From assembly GCA_028704015.1 (NCBI GenBank), contig JAQVLT010000002.1, positions 9,499 through 73,498 of the forward strand: a stretch of DNA of 64,000 bases. Direction: 5' to 3'. The DNA comes from Patescibacteria group bacterium (lineage in GTDB: Bacteria; Patescibacteriota; Patescibacteriia; Patescibacteriales; JAQVLT01). Below are positions 62,693-64,000 of this stretch, piece by piece. Each line of letters opens with the position of its first letter. The first letter of the stretch is position 1. Under the pieces are notes generated by a model. That model was not told the origin of the DNA, did no database searches, and was given only the letters and a program-made list of their open reading frames with translations. Made by a program: the position numbers and the translations under genes.

Positions 62693-63155
62693 TAAACAAG
62701 AGATTTTAGTTGAATATTTAGCTTATTGTCTACTGCCTAATCATTTTCATTTTTTAATTATAGAAAAATCAGAGGGAGGTATCCCAAAATTCATGAAAAG
62801 GCTAAGCGGTGGCTATACTAATTATTTTAACAAAAAATATCTTCGCACCGGTTCATTGTTCCAAGGGAAATATAAAATATTTGAAGTAAAGTATAGTCAT
62901 TTTTTAAAATTATCCGTTTATGTTAATTGTAATGCCGAAGTGCATAAAATCAACCGAGCGGAAAATTGGCCATGGTCAAGCTATTTGGATTATATCAATG
63001 AAAGAAACGGAACTTTATGCAATTAAGAATTAATTTTGGAAGAATTTGGCAGCCGAAATAATTTTAAAAAATTTTGCCAAACAATTTTACCTGATATAAT
63101 AAAAAATAAAGAGTTATCGGAAAATTTAACTGAATAATTAAATTGCAAAGGGTTC

Positions 63156-64000
63156 ATGAAAAACAAGGGGGAAAAATTAAAAATTTTAATGCTCGCGGCT
63201 GAAGCCGCTCCGCTGGTTAAAGTTGGAGGGCTTGGTGATGTAGTAGGCAGTTTGCCGCCGGCTTTGGCGCGGCTGGGGTGCGATGTCAGGATTATTATTC
63301 CTAAATACGGGGGAATTGATGAAAAAAAGTATAAACTTAAAAAGTTTTTATCCGATATTGAAATTTCCACAGCGGATAAAATTGAAAAAATAAATTTATG
63401 GCAGGCGAATCTTCCTGGTAGCAAAGTGCCGGTTTATTTTATTGAAAATAATAATTTTTTTAGTAGCCCCGACCCTTACGCCGGAAACAATTCAGAAAAA
63501 TTTCTTTTCTTTTTGCTGGCAGTAATGCGCGTCATGCCGCTTATTAATTTCGTTCCCGACATTCTGCATTGCCACGATTTTCACGTAGCCATGGCTATTG
63601 ATTTAATCAAAGTGGAAAATCAATATAATAATTTTTTTAAAAAGATTAAAACTCTCTATACTATTCATAATTTGAATAACCAAGGGCAAACCGGCATAGA
63701 AACTTTGCGCACAGGAAATCTGAATAAGAATTTGCTTGCTTCGTTGAGCAGAGATTCTGACGATGGCGATATTAATTTTATGGTGCAAGGAATTATTAAT
63801 GCCGATTTGGTGAACACCGTGAGCCCGACATACGCCAAAGAAATCTCCACTTCTATTTACGGCGCTGGGTTGGAAAAGGTTATTAGGCAAAACCAGTATA
63901 AAATTTTCGGAATTTTAAACGGCGTTGATGTAAATTTTTTTAACCCGGAGAAAGATAAATATATTTTTAAGAAATATAGCGCAAAGACTTTAAAAAATAA
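63156..64000 (+). CDS. glgA: second glycogen/starch synthase paralogue, 3' end outside window
   Basis: MKNKGEKLKILMLAAEAAPLVKVGGLGDVVGSLP... stays open to the window end. It is absent from the ORF track because no stop codon is reached. Confidence 0.8.
   Translation, partial: MKNKGEKLKILMLAAEAAPLVKVGGLGDVVGSLPPALARLGCDVRIIIPKYGGIDEKKYKLKKFLSDIEISTADKIEKINLWQANLPGSKVPVYFIENNNFFSSPDPYAGNNSEKFLFFLLAVMRVMPLINFVPDILHCHDFHVAMAIDLIKVENQYNNFFKKIKTLYTIHNLNNQGQTGIETLRTGNLNKNLLASLSRDSDDGDINFMVQGIINADLVNTVSPTYAKEISTSIYGAGLEKVIRQNQYKIFGILNGVDVNFFNPEKDKYIFKKYSAKTLKN

Larger units (their letters stand above)
62449..63026 (+). pseudogene. HUH/Y1 RayT-like gene frameshifted by a 20-nt family B palindrome
   Basis: 62449-62496 encodes MTRVKPEPEKIYHIYN. 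After the 20-nt insert, 62517 onward encodes RGVEKRKIFMDKW...PNHFHFLII...SVYVNCNA...NWPWSSYLDY in a different frame. Confidence 0.65.

Noticed and set aside
63023-63890. Minus-strand ORFs 63023-63424, 63603-63890 and 63665-63850.
   Set aside because: They are antisense to an open plus-strand frame with an unmistakable GlgA N-terminus (KILMLAAEAAPLVKVGGLGDV). That frame is missing from the ORF track only because it runs off the window.
1-64000. Assembly chimerism as the explanation for the GC-rich islands.
   Set aside because: Each island is a precise gene or operon unit. AT-rich promoters and terminators are shared with AT-rich neighbours (for example 25958-25990 and 53352-53380), and the same repeat families occur on both sides. 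Ten such exact junctions are unlikely from mis-assembly. This cannot be excluded without read data.

Overview
This is an AT-rich, gene-dense, streamlined bacterial chromosome segment. Its content and style suggest a Candidate Phyla Radiation / Patescibacteria-type genome: hairpin-filled intergenic DNA, VirB2/TrbC-like pilin paralogues, four-helix-bundle and DUF559 mini-cassettes, Elp3 and sparse metabolism. That placement is inference; no search was run. I call about 60 protein genes and 3 tRNAs (Arg-TCG, Met/Ile2-CAT, Lys-CTT). I saw no rRNA and no CRISPR array. Housekeeping genes include smc, comM, elp3, glyA-folD, recQ, hup, ymdB, a pseudouridine synthase, infB-rbfA-nrnA and yebC-ruvC. There is also a pgi/pmi-type isomerase and an alpha-glucan cluster with two glgA genes, GH57, an APH-like kinase and a PHP protein. 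Three layers look unusual. (1) Ten GC-rich islands sit in the AT-rich background. Each is a single gene or small operon with a strong Shine-Dalgarno sequence, while the native genes have none. They carry prs-like, a fused pyrK-pyrD, pyrC and purM, plus unknowns: a two-gene module with a duplicated 5' leader (6079-7958) and a three-gene membrane-protein operon (36807-40475). (2) A network of palindromic repeat families coexists with three HUH/Y1 (IS200/RayT-like) transposase-family genes. A ~20-nt palindrome (CCTGCCTGCCGGCAGGCAGG) shows filled versus empty sites, sits nested inside another repeat, lies in-frame inside elp3, and frameshifts one RayT-like gene inside its YHIYNRG motif. Other palindromes lie in-frame inside elp3, GH57 and the RayT-like genes themselves. 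(3) All three four-helix-bundle (23S rRNA IVS-protein family) genes sit in the loop of long inverted repeats. Gene-less versions of two of those repeats occur elsewhere in the window. All alignments, GC statements, motif calls and hairpins were made by eye. No database search, folding or statistics were run.
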